A stretch of 44,793 nucleotides of DNA from Raillietiella orientalis. Its lineage: Eukaryota. Positions 25,125-36,766 of the stretch are shown one piece after another. The first letter of the stretch is position 1. Each line of letters starts with the position of its first letter. The stretch is taken from contig JAYWIR010000012.1 of the NCBI GenBank assembly GCA_036172245.1, positions 4,464,001 to 4,508,793 on the forward strand, given 5' to 3'. Made by a program: the position numbers and the translations under genes. The notes beneath the pieces are model-generated. The model saw nothing but the letters and a program-made list of their open reading frames with translations, ran no database searches and was not told where the DNA came from.

Positions 25125-28100
25125 CTAAAACATGTTTTCCAAAGGAGGAACTGTGGAGTCATCTTCAAAATGAGGCGATCTTGTGGTCTGTTGTTTTATT
25201 TGGTTGTGAATAAGCAACAAATTGTTTTGCTCCTTTATTTCCAAGATAGAATCAGCAGCTGAATTGGTTTGATCCAACCTGTGAACAGTGTACTGTATCA
25301 TCGGGATTATTAACACCTACTTTCTAACTGGTGCAGTTGTTATATTTGAAGGCTTCATTTTGGGAAGGGTCAGTAGGAGGTGGCCAGTAGTTTGAGATCG
25401 TTTTGCATTTGACGCCGAAGTTCTGATTTCTTCTGGCAAACGTAGTTGGAATATCTTATCTTTTATCAGGGCACGAACGTATGTAGGTTGTATGTCAAGT
25501 TTTATAAGACTTGTGTCCAGATGGCTGAATGGTTTAACTTATGATAAACTTATTGTTTGAATCCCACATACATGTATAAGTGCAAATCCAAAAGAAAGCA
25601 GCGCTCCTCTTTATCCGAAGTAAAAGAGAAGTCAATTTTGGCCTCGTTAATGTTTAGTGGACTCCCAGCGGCGTCTGCCAGTTTCCTCTGCTTTTTGATT
25701 ACTTTTTTTTCATCGACGAGCATTTCATTTCGTCTTCTTTCTGCTTCCGTATGGATTCGAATTCTCTCTTCTGGGCAGTATTCCGTTACTTCAGACCAAA
25801 ACCTGGTAGTGTTTCAAGGCATGGATTTTTTCTTGGCAAAGTACTTACTCTTCATCTGACTGCAGTTTTGTGGCAGAGCCTGCTTTTTTGATTTCCTCTT
25901 CCCGTTTTTCTTTTTAAAAAGCATTAATAACGTTCTCGTAACCCACAGATACCTTTGTATTCTCTTTCGCTTTCGTTGACTGCTGCTTGCATTTTTTGTA
26001 TCGTCTGCCTGACTGTCAGACGCTCTGTCCGGCCAATACCCTTTCCATCCAACTCGCATATTTGGGGAAGTGCTGCAACCACGTATTCACGATAGTGAGG
26101 GAAGTATGCACAGGGGTTCCCTGATAAAAAGCTGGAAAGCACCTCCAATCCCTTGCTGCATTCAAATCCTTACAGAATCCTCAGGTGCAGGTTATGCTTC
26201 AGAGTGTGTACGGAACTTATCTCTCCGATGAAGTTGAGGGTGAGATCCAGTTTGTGTAACTTCTCGCATCCTTCCAGACCTTCTATTCGCTCGATGTTGT
26301 TCATGCATAAGTTGAGGTATTCCAGATTTTTCAACTTGTGTAAATTTTCTATGCGAATCCATATTTTAACATGAAAAATAAAATGATTGGAACAGAAAAA
26401 TGGAATACGTGTGCTGCCTACCTATTTTCGAAATCAAGTTTCCTGTTAAATAAATGATTTTCAGGTTTCTGCACCATTGGCCTAGGTGCTCGATTTTCTC
26501 TATGTTTTGTTGATGCAAAGCCAGCTCCTCCAAAGTACTGATGATGCCTTCGTTGTGCTCGGCCCTTTTTCGTACGAGATCGTCAGTAACTGAAAGCGCG
26601 TACAGTTCTCATAGTCTCACCAACGAAAGGCTGACTTCAGAATCGAATGTGATGAAGCCCTTTCATCGCAAACGCGCGTACAGAAAATGAATTTAGAGTG
26701 TGGTCGTTGCCAGCAAATAACGTGGCGAGTGGAATCGAGCCGACAGTCCCTGATCCACGAACAAACGGAAACCGCTTTCCTACTTATTCGTGGAACCAGT
26801 TGCTGAGGTCCCGAGGAACTGGTTGGAGAGTCGTCGCACCTCGAGCCCATGGGATGAAGCCTTTTTGAGAGATGGCTTGCTTCAGGTGGAATTGCAGGCG
26901 CCGAGCGCGTCCGGTGGGGGGGGGGAACTTTTGGTCCTCGGAAATCATTCTGGGGAAATGGGCAGCTGAGATTGCTCTGCGGAAACGCTACCTTTGGCCG
27001 TGAAGAAATGGAACACTTTTTAAAACACTGAGATGACCGCTTCGGAGTGGAACTCGAAAATGAAACGAAAGCGAAGCCTACTTGGGATTGCTTTTTGTCA
27101 ACCGTGTGGAAAGTTGACGTATGGCTGTGTATGAAAATGAACAAGCTGCAGCTTTAGTGGCAATTCGCTTTTATTTTCGAATTTCAACGCATTCTCAATC
27201 AGTGGTATACCGTTAGTGAGATGCTAGTACATCAGATGTACATCAGATGTTGATTGACTGACTGGTACTGAATGAGCTACATTTTGGTGTTTCAGGGTCG
27301 TTGCAGTAGCTGAAATGTGGGTCTTTGTTTGTATCTGCTTGAGAATCTTCCAGAATTTATAAACGCCCTGTATGCATTTTTAGTTTTGTTTTGCTAGATA
27401 TGATGTGAAAAAAACTTTCCCTACGCAAGGCCACTCGAGCTTTTTTCTCGCGTTCTTTCGGTCTGCGAAAGTCGTTAGAAAAAGGTGCAGTGTGATGCAC
27501 ATCACCTCTGAACATTCCGTCCTTCAGCAATGCCGTTTATTGTGTGACATCCATTGCCAACCAGTAAATCCTCATTACAGACAAATCGTCCCGCAAGATG
27601 CCATGGATGCAAGCCTGTTTCAAACAGATTTAAGTAACCAAATGTGTCCCATGCAGCTGCTATCGGCTGTTTCATAACGGCGAAGAAAGGCACAGAGTGT
27701 TCAGAAACGCGCCGAGAAACTCCGAGTACTGTACGGACGACAGGAGCAAAGTCGTACCTTCGATGGAATGGGACCGGAATCGGAAAAAGGGAACACGCAT
27801 CGGGATGATGGCGCGCCCCCATCTCAGCCGCGAAAAGTGTGCTTTAGGAAAGCAGCAAGAAGCACATTTGGCTATTGCTGCTTTTTCGTGGACCTCGTTT
27901 TCTTTGGATGTAAAATTTGTCATTTCGAACGCGTATTCGTGGAACACCAGCTGAGATAATAGAAATTCGTAGATATGTTCCGCCAAACCATTTCGAGTTT
28001 GCAGTTCTTTTCCCACACTTTCTATGAATCGAGAAGAACGCACTGCTCTTAAATATGCTTTCCACATTTTTGGTCAGTCCATGAAACTCTTACGATGCAT

Positions 28101-28449
28101 ATCTGTAGGCATCAAAAGTTGTAGAAGAGCTGTATATAGTTGAACAGCACGAGAAGCGTACGTGATAGAAAAAAAAAAGGGATTGGATGCATTAAAAATT
28201 CCTCAGCCCCGTTTTAAATAAAATAGGGTGCAACTTGTAGCACAACTTTCCATGCGATAGTCGGTGCTTCTCGAGAACCAGAATTAAGGGCCACAGCAAT
28301 CAATTCGCAAAAAATGCTGAAAGCCATATCATTATGAGCCTTTGAAAAACACTCAGTACATTTTGCTTTCACAAGAAAGCTGAGGCCATTCATTTTTAAA
28401 AACGTCCCAGTCATTTTAAGTATAAAAGATGAAACTCACTTTTTACCAT
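25125..28449 (-). CDS. LRRC6: Dynein axonemal assembly factor 11 (LRRC6/tilB), 393 aa. Exons 28449-28440, 26589-26422, 26348-26174, 26131-25953, 25909-25849, 25802-25572, 25524-25321, 25278-25125
   Basis: The spliced CDS is 1182 nt. It starts [51 protein letters not shown], followed by SDS22-type LRRs and the LRRcap [20 protein letters not shown]. The CS-like region reads [10 protein letters not shown]...[16 protein letters not shown]...[10 protein letters not shown] and the C-terminus is [10 protein letters not shown]. The start context is gccATGG with a strong GTGAGT donor. Confidence 0.95.
27300..28070 (-). mobile_element. Decayed LINE (L1/Tx1-like) reverse-transcriptase relic inside LRRC6 intron 1
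   Basis: Degenerate RT motifs occur in the expected order across frames: [11 protein letters not shown] (~PDGl..efY), [13 protein letters not shown] (~RPIsl.nvdY), [13 protein letters not shown] (~kAFDtv.h..l) and GMFRGD (~GvrQGd). No intact catalytic motif remains. Confidence 0.4.
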
Positions 28450-29129
28450 GGCTAACACTTTCAACGTCAGACGGTTCTACGACAATTTGTTTACCACAAA
28501 ATCCCCATGTCGTGTGTTCTTCAAACACTAGTGTATGTACGTATATATTGTGTATTTGGATTCATGTATCCAGTGGCCACCTCATTTGACGAGCGTGCAA
28601 TACTGTTTCATGTCCAGAAACTCGATCGATATCTTAGGGCGCGTCCATTCTGTGTCACCGGAAAGTGCATTGCCAGCATGCGAAGCACTTCCGCTCTGTG
28701 CATATAGATGACTGGCCAATAATTGCAGTACAAAGTTCAAGTTTTAAGGAAGGTATATGCTTATTTTGTAGTGAGGCGAAATTATTTTTGCGAAATATTT
28801 CGAGCAACCCCTTTTTCTAGAAAAAAACTAAAAAAAATCAAAACGCTTACTACAATTCAAGGATGCAGAGCAGGAGGACGAGAAAGGAATCATGTTTCAT
28901 TGAAATAGTAATGAAATTCATCAAAATTACTAATACATGTAACCATTACTAATCATTTTGATGAGCTGCTAACTAACTATTGGGTATCATGCTTTATTAG
29001 CATCTCTTGTGGAAACGCAAATTTGATAACGTGAGTTATTTATTGAAATACTCTGTTCATACTTCGTCGTGCTTCATTCTTTATATAATCTTTCTAACAA
29101 ATGCATTTCTACTCGTTTCTTCACTTCGA

Positions 29130-30100
29130 TTTTAGCGATGCATTCGTCCACTTTTTCAGCATTCTCATCTTGGAAATGGAATCGACCCCTCGAGAAGCAT
29201 GCATCCGTCTGTTAGATGGAACGATCTGTGAAGAACCGAACTTCCATCTTATTGTCACAAAAAAGAATTACAAGAAGATTCCCATTTTGCTCCTCAAAAC
29301 AGGCAGATGCTGCTTGCTCAACATATGATAGGTTTAAATACAAGGAAAAGCCTTCTTCAAAGAAACATCTGCCGACTCTGCATCAAAAACTTCCTCAACA
29401 AAACCAGCTATGCACAGTATCACCAGAGAGCTACAGCAAAATAACAGTTAAAAAAAAATGCAAATACGTGCTTTTTGTCTTGAATATCCTGTGAGAAATG
29501 GGTGTGTTACTTCACCAAGGAATCATTCCTTTAGGAATCCTACCAGCTCCGACATTTGCTTTGGTTACATGTGCAACATTTGCACTCATCCAAAGAGAAA
29601 TGCAATTACCGAAAAATCCTAAGAAAAAAAAAAACCCTCGTATAGGTAGCGAAATTTGAGTATTTTCGGATGCTGACATAAATAAATACTGCAGATATGA
29701 CAAATTTCCTTCGTCAGGGGGGCAGTCGCATCGCAAGTTTTCAACCTGTTTCCTAGATCCCAGATACAATGCAGACAGCATAGTAGGTAGAGAGATGCTG
29801 AAAGATGATCAAAAAATCCAATATCGGGATTTCTTCTGCACTGTGCGTAAGGCAAATCGATTGTGTTTATCACGCGAATTGGCACAAAATCTTCCGATAC
29901 ACCGCGTCTTGATAAATGGGATACTGAGTAGAAGTCGCCAGCATAAAGCAAAAAATGGCTGCTTCAACGGTCACCTTCTCACGAGTGGTCTTTAGGAACA
30001 AACAGCACCGTGAAACTATTTTTTGGAGATTATGCAGTGAGCCGACCGGAATGGACCTAACCTCAAAATGCTGACTTTCTCACCACAAATCACAAATGCA
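29130..30100 (-). mobile_element. Decayed LINE fragment with APE endonuclease and linker remnants
   Basis: Ordered remnants: GRL, FTVLFVP (~vYaP), LYAGDFYSV (~GDFN), FFDHLS (~SDH), LGEVTHPF and ASRGVDSIS (~sPGpDGi). Many stops and frameshifts. Confidence 0.4.
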
Positions 30101-31049
30101 TATTCTTCATTTCCGACTTCTTAGACAGCATCCTCCAAGTTGTCAAGTAATCATATCCAGAAACAATTTCAAAAGGTCGTTTCAAATCATGGATTGTAAA
30201 CTAAGGAGCAAAAGTATTTTATTTTTATGCAAATAGAAGATATCCATGATCAATAGTCAGCAGTAATTTCAGGTTATTGATTTTTCCAAACGTGTGGATT
30301 CAAGTTCTATTTTATGGTGGTTTCTAAAGGTCCAACTATTAGAGCTTCGTTCAGTATTTTAATAACAAAAAGATGTGCCATCATCCCTTTTTTTTTAAAG
30401 ATGCCCCAGCAACAGCAAATTGCATTCTTTTTTATTATCTGGATTACTCTGGGAGAATCAATGACTCGATACTACTGACTGCTTTCCTGCAGGAGACGAC
30501 TGCTCTTCTTTCAGCCCTCTTTCCTGCTGACCCAACCCTTCTTGCGCAAAGGCGAGCTGCGGAAAGCTGCCAAGCATTCCTGATCGTTGGACGGTGGGAA
30601 GTGCACTCGTGTTTCTTCAGCAACGCAGAGGATGGAGGGGGTGGCCCGAACCTCTCCTTGGCTTGCGGTTTCCTTAGAGGATGGATGCCGCAGCTTCCAG
30701 CATTCTTTAGAACACGGAAGGGTGGGGACACCCCTGGTGATTCCACGCTCACTCCAAGACTTGTTCTTCTCCAGAACGACCCGCAACCGCTCGGCTTCGG
30801 ACCCCTTCCTGGAGAGAGTGACTGCGTGGAAAGGCCATGCACGGTAACAAGAGGGAGGTCCTCTTCAGATGAACACTTATGAGTTGTATCTAAAAAAAAA
30901 GTCTATATATTCAGAATCAGAAAGACATCCAATATATTCATGTTAACATTTTGCTCATTGCATACATTGATATGAACGCGCACATCAACGTATATACAAT
31001 AAGCAATGTGTTCATTATTTTCTTTTCTGCCTACATCGCAGAAACGGGC

Positions 31050-34000
31050 TGAGCTTCTTGATGTTGTGTTACACGGATCAACGGAGTCTAGCCATCTCAC
31101 AGTGACATAGACGACCCGAATTCGCCTCAGGTCTGCATTTCTTGTCACCCGTTCTGATTTGGGTGTTCATTGGTACTCCAAGCTCTGCACGGGAGCTAGG
31201 GGTCACCTGTAGAAGTACCAGGGCGAAAGGGCTCAACGCGCAGGTGGGGACGCACGGCCGCATCCATGCCAAGGATCTCCCTGACACGACCAAAGGCTGT
31301 GATTGCTCGCTTCCGTAGTGCACGGATGGCACAGGTCGAACGTTTACACCCAGCAGCCATCCGCCACATCAGAAGCCGCAATGCCGAGCCTCATGCTTCC
31401 GAGCATCTCGAGGAGAATGGCACATCCGTGTTCTTTCACCTCAGAAGGCCTGCCAACAAGCTTTCGCTTGGGGCAGGCCTCTTTTCGCACGATTAGCGCG
31501 CTCCCCTCACACAGGAGACTCGCATTCCCTCCTGATCGGAGTCCCACTGTCGCACGTAGCACAGGAGTTATTCCTGCCTCTGCGAACGCTGAGGGCTAAC
31601 AGCTGCCTCAACGTTGTGCCGTATCCTTACGGTCGCAAGAGCCTCGTTCTCTGTTCCGTGGACAGCGACCTGGACGCACCGCGCTGCGACGCCGGCGGAC
31701 AGAGCTGGGACTGAAACCACAGAGGTTGCGACTGTCATCTTGTGGAGGGAATCGGAAGGCGGCACGTCCGGAGATCGCGTGAGAAGGCGCACTGCGCTTG
31801 CCTTTCAAGGTAGTCATCTCGTTGTTATGACTACACCTGACAGGATCCACAGAGGTCTCTCCAGGATGCTTGGGAGGGTGTAGAGGATCTTATCCAACAG
31901 AATGGGATCGGCAATGCCGCCGTGTACGAATGGTAGTTCGTGAGAGTGTTTGCTCGGGACCTATTTTTTTCTAGTTTCCTCAACCTGGTGGTCAACAGAC
32001 CGGAAACGAGAAGTCTTTTTCCCCGTGGAGATATTTGCAATCCCACTACGTCGCGCAATTCTAGAAGATTTTGCTGCTCGCCAGCCCACCCGAAAAAGGA
32101 GGAAGTTTACACATCCATGCCGCAATCAAAAAATCCAATTTAGGGATTCCCGCCTTAGGTTGCAGATAATCAAAATCCTCTGTGCAGTCTCATCTTCTAA
32201 TAACAAGACGAAAAAAAAAATTGTGGGATGAACACGGATGGTATGCTCAGACTCGACAGTTCTGCGAAAGAGCTGTCTTCGGGATTTCTCTTGGATCTGC
32301 AGCTACGAAATGCTGCTGCGGAGGGGACAGGCATTTTACCGCAGGGCAGAAAAAGTCCACAAATCTAACGGGTGGAGCTGAAAATGAGAAAGCATGTAGT
32401 TTGAAGCAAACTTTATATCTGCAACAGCGATTGATGGCAAACTCGATATTGAAGATTACACCCCGTCGTGTGTACATGCCACGCAATACATGAGATTGCC
32501 GAACACCCTACAACACACATTCGAAAGGGCAGTTTGTTGATTACTTCAGCGGTTCAACTGCGTAGCATCCGTCCGTTATGCGCAGGACTTGTGTTCAATA
32601 TATGCGTGTTTTGTCTGGAGATTACCATCACGTGGGTCTCGACAAGCCTGGGAGCAGTTCTTATGCCAGGAAGGGTCGCAGAAACTGCAGCTCTCTCTAT
32701 CTTCAGGCATCGACGGAATGGAAACCACGTTAGGACGACTTTGCAATTGGAAAATTCAAATCTTCCGTTTGGCATCTGATGAGACAACTTGCCATCGCAC
32801 ATACAGATGAGATGACAATTTTCAATAGAGGGATGGACAGAAAAATGTATCTTTTCCAGGATTCACCGCCAACAATCGATTTGAGGATACCACCATGCCA
32901 AGGGACTCATTCAAGGAAATGGAGCTGGCCACTCTAACGGTCAACTGGCCACACGAAAGGCTTTTACCACGGGCCAACCTTCCATGCGAGTGTCTTCCCT
33001 TCTCATTCAGCGGGGAGAAGGGTTAAAATCCACTCATATCCGAAAACTCTAGTAGAAGATGGAGGTGTGCGTTGGCGGTAAAAACAATCCCGTCTTCGAA
33101 ATGCAATGAACGACGGGCTTTGCATCGCCCCCTGCTTGCCCATTTAGCAAAAGTGGATGTCGAGATCCAAAGTCCGCGCGAAGTGGACCGTTTTCTAATG
33201 ATTCTGTTTTCCAAAGGACACTTGAATCCTGGGAGAACCGGATTCCTATTGACTCATTTCATATGTTCACCTTAGAATCTGGCATCCACCTTGGAGGTAA
33301 TCCTGCTTGCAGAAGAAGAGGGAACGACAAAAACTTAGACAAGTATTCAGCAAATAGGCTTGCAGTACTAGAAGAAATCAGCTGCGGCGGTCCGTTTACT
33401 TCCTGTTCAATTGTCGATACTGCAAGAGAGGGCCACTTTACATGGTTTGCATGAACTTCGAGATAATTCCGTTGCTATTCACAGGATGATGATTCATGGA
33501 GAGCCAAATCCAGTTCAGCACTCCCAGCAGAGTTTCGTAAGACTGTTTCCTGCTAATAGGTAAAAGAAGCTATAAAAACTCCTTTATTGAAACCTTCTTC
33601 CCAGCGTGCTACCCTAATAAAGAAGAAAAGACAAGCTTCGTTCCGTGTTTGCTGCTGCGGCGCTTCGTGAAGGTCTTTCAGCATGCGACTGGTTCAGATT
33701 GAGAAGATAGATGCTGCGATGCAACCATCGAACGTGGAAGCACTCTCCTTTCAGATGTCAGATGAGTCGTCTGTTGAAAATTGCAATTGATCAGTTTGGC
33801 TTCATTTAGAGGTTCAGGATTTCTACAATTCAGAAGACCTGAACTCCGCACGCACGATCAGTAGCGGCATAGACGTGCGCCATGTGATGCCCATTTCCTA
33901 CCACTGCTTGGAGCCAGGCGTTCCTCCAGCGAACCGTCGTGCTCTCTGCAATGCGTGTTCGTGCTAGCGTCCCCTGAGCAACACCTTACTCCACACTATA

Positions 34001-35900
34001 GAGTGTTCACCACTTCAGCTGCGCCGCCTCGACGAGTTCCAACTTTGGAAAGTTGGGGAACCCTACATCTGTTTGCAATAAGGAAAACGATGCAACCGAA
34101 ACGCGTACGATTTTGGTACGAAACACCTTTCAATTCGACACAACAACTGCCCGGCGATCTGCAATACCTTGTGCTGAGGTTGATCCCCACGTGCTTTCGC
34201 TGCCTTCATCCCCGTATCCGTCCATGTGTGGATGATGAATGCAGAAAGTTTCTCCGTGTGTCTTCAAGCTTGCTTCGAATTTTCAGTTCCCGTAGGATAG
34301 AAAAGTTTCGGTTTCCTAAAATCCAAGAGATACAATCATCAAGAATGGCATCGAGAAAGATTTCACAATCAGGGAATCGGCAATCTCCCCCTTGGGTCTG
34401 GCGAATGGCTAGCAAGCTACGCTCACCATATCCCCTGTGAGGATATGGTGAGCCTAATACAAACCCCAACTGCACAGTTCATCGTCCTCTCATCTCGTGA
34501 TTATCAGTTGCTACGAACTTTCCAAATTGGAAATTGACACTGCGTCAGTACCATCATGAATGCTTCGTCAACAGCCCCTACAGCAACAGCGAAAAGCACC
34601 CCTCCTCCAGCATAAATAACGCAAACGACACCTGACGGTGGTTTGCCATCAAATTCCGCTCACCCCACTCACCGACCGGAGTTCCATGGCCACTGCTGCG
34701 TTGCTGATGCTCCATGGATATCCTCACGAACGCTTCCACAGGAAGCAGTCCTGCTGACTCCTGCAGATTGGTAGAGTGGCGCGTCCGTTGCCGCACTTCC
34801 TCAAGATCGCAGGCGTTATCCAGAGAAGACGTCTTCGCACGCTGCATGTGCAACTTGCAGAAAAGCAAGGAAAAGGAAACGAATCACCCAGGTCACTCAC
34901 CTTGCCAATCGGTGACAGCATCCACAAAGCAGTTCCTTCGACGGGACCGACCGAACAACAGCGGGAGTCGGCAACAGGTTACATAGCCCAGTGAATTTTA
35001 AGAACGAACAAATAGGACTCTTCAAATCAACGGACTGGGGCAGCATGCATCTTTCCCAAGGAGACTTCCGTGCCCCTGAGTAGCGTATGCTGCTACATTT
35101 TCGATTTCCTCCTTCACGAATAACAAGAAGCATGGGGGAAGTTTTGAATAAGGCGATGGCATCTCATCTGCACTCCTTAAGAGAGCCACGCCGACAACAT
35201 CATTTGGTTTACTGCCATCAGAAGGCTACATTTCCTCAACCTCGACCGGCATCCCCGGAAGAGCTCAAAGATGGCGCCGCCTGGCGGTTGCCTGAACATC
35301 GAAACACAACATCGAGAACGCTTTGCTCACTTACCTCGTCGTGGATTCCCTCGGCCACCTGCCACCGCACACCATGTTTGCTTCTCGTCGTCCAATCACA
35401 GGCTCCTCCTTCGCCGCTCTCTGGGAACCACTATCCCTCTCACCATTTCCCCCTGGTCTTCTTTGCTCTCCTTTACCACAAGCAACGGTTCAAGCAGTCA
35501 GCGATGAGCATGCACATCATGCGCTGCTTCTGTGTCTGCAGCCGCTAACAGGGAAGCTGACTGTCGAAGTGCTGTACGAAGACGAGTACCCAACATCCCT
35601 CCTCACGTGCGGGCACCACTCAGTTCCCGTGATATCAGCACGCGTTTCCGAAACGACGCGGCACAGTGCACCGAGATAGCTGGTTGATACTGCTGCTGCA
35701 GCTCGGCCAGTGTTCGAGGTGGTACGCGAACTCCTCAGGCGCCGGGAAAAAGTACTGCGGGGAGTGTTCGTAGCCGCACTGGCGCACCAACCCGTAGGCG
35801 GAACGATCAACGAACCAGCACAACGACCAAAGCCGGTCCTACCGTGAGAAGTAAAAGGGGCTTCAACTTTGATGCAACGCCTGTGCAAAACGCGCCTACC
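31050..35900 (-). mobile_element. Highly decayed R2-group (NeSL/Utopia-like) non-LTR retrotransposon; boundaries approximate
   Basis: Remnants are colinear on -. Cys/His-rich zinc-finger-like pieces lie at ~35500-35800. RT pieces PPQLISSSTASLFAEYLSKFL..LQAGLPP, MGKQGAMQSP and AFEDGIVF..LLEFSDMSGF, then an (F)NP-like piece and LGMVV, lie at ~32900-33400. A restriction-like endonuclease remnant RTGDKKCRPE/IRVVYVTVRW (~RPD....vDvtv) lies at ~31090-31170. Confidence 0.42.
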
Positions 35901-36315
35901 ACTTACGTCCACGTGAAAGAGTTCAACAAGGTAAAGGTCAGGTACACAGGAAACCGTCGAATGACCTCGAGCAGGCAGACTGGGTTTCCTCGATAAAAGA
36001 CGTTTGCGTTCCCAAAGCAAAAGAACGTTACTACGATCTCCGGACGCCGCCATTGGCTGTAGCTGGTCCCTAAGCGTCGCACTTGTGTCCCCTCCTGTAT
36101 CCGCTCTCAACCATGGTGCAGACTCTCTCGTACGGAACAGAGAGCGCACATTGGTAGCCATGAGAAGCACAGCGAAGGAACAGGTACCTGTTCACAAAGA
36201 TCACCGCCGCAAACCTGCATTTCAGCTTCTTAGATAAGATTCCACATGAAGGATCTCGTGATCTCGATGTGTGGAAATTGGGAGATCAAAAAAAACAAAT
36301 TACAAAAAAAAAAAT

Positions 36316-36452
36316 CAACCATAGCCTACCATTCCCAGACAAATTTTGCTTTGCTTGCCAATGAGCACTCCACGTCACGTGTCATGGGATTCCGAGTTAA
36401 ATCCACATACTCACGAACCCCAAAGTCGCTTCGTGGTGCACCGGGACCTCTA
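36316..36452. repeat. 137-bp dispersed direct repeat, copy A
   Basis: Ungapped match to 42621-42757 with 11 mismatches by manual count (~92% identity). Confidence 0.95.
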
Positions 36453-36660
36453 TTTCTATGGTAATCAACGCACAACTGAATGGGAGGACGCTTGCTTCCA
36501 TCTCGGAAGAAGGTGCGGAGAACCGGCGCGCAGGCCACCACGGTTCGCAGCTTGCCTGCTGCTAGGTACCAGAGCTTCGGTTGCATCGCCTTCGATACCG
36601 TGAACTGCGACACGACCCGGAGATTCGCAAACGAACGAAGAGCACGGATGGGAATAGTGT

Positions 36661-36666
36661 TTTATT
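36661..36666 (-). terminator. Candidate AATAAA polyadenylation signal of the orphan gene
   Basis: AATAAA on - lies about 100 nt downstream of the TGA at 36767-36769, within otherwise GC-rich sequence. Confidence 0.6.
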
Positions 36667-36766
36667 TGAGGAGCCGGATGCGTGTGGGTGCGTGCGCTGT
36701 GTGGTATGCGCCAGAAGTCGGCCCCGCCGCAGCCGACCGCCGGCGCCGGCTCCGCCACCGCGCTGT

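Noticed and set aside
26617..27144. 175-aa - strand ORF as the LRRC6 N-terminus
   Set aside because: The 10-nt exon at 28449-28440 gives the conserved N-terminus, so this ORF is intronic.
28441..28486. RFX X-box-like words near the LRRC6 start
   Set aside because: Several mismatches to GTYNCY-AT-RGNAAC. Expected for a ciliary gene, but not supportable.
36358..36374. ERSE-like CCAAT...CCACG in repeat copy A
   Set aside because: The spacer is 7 nt rather than 9, and copy B has CCAAC.
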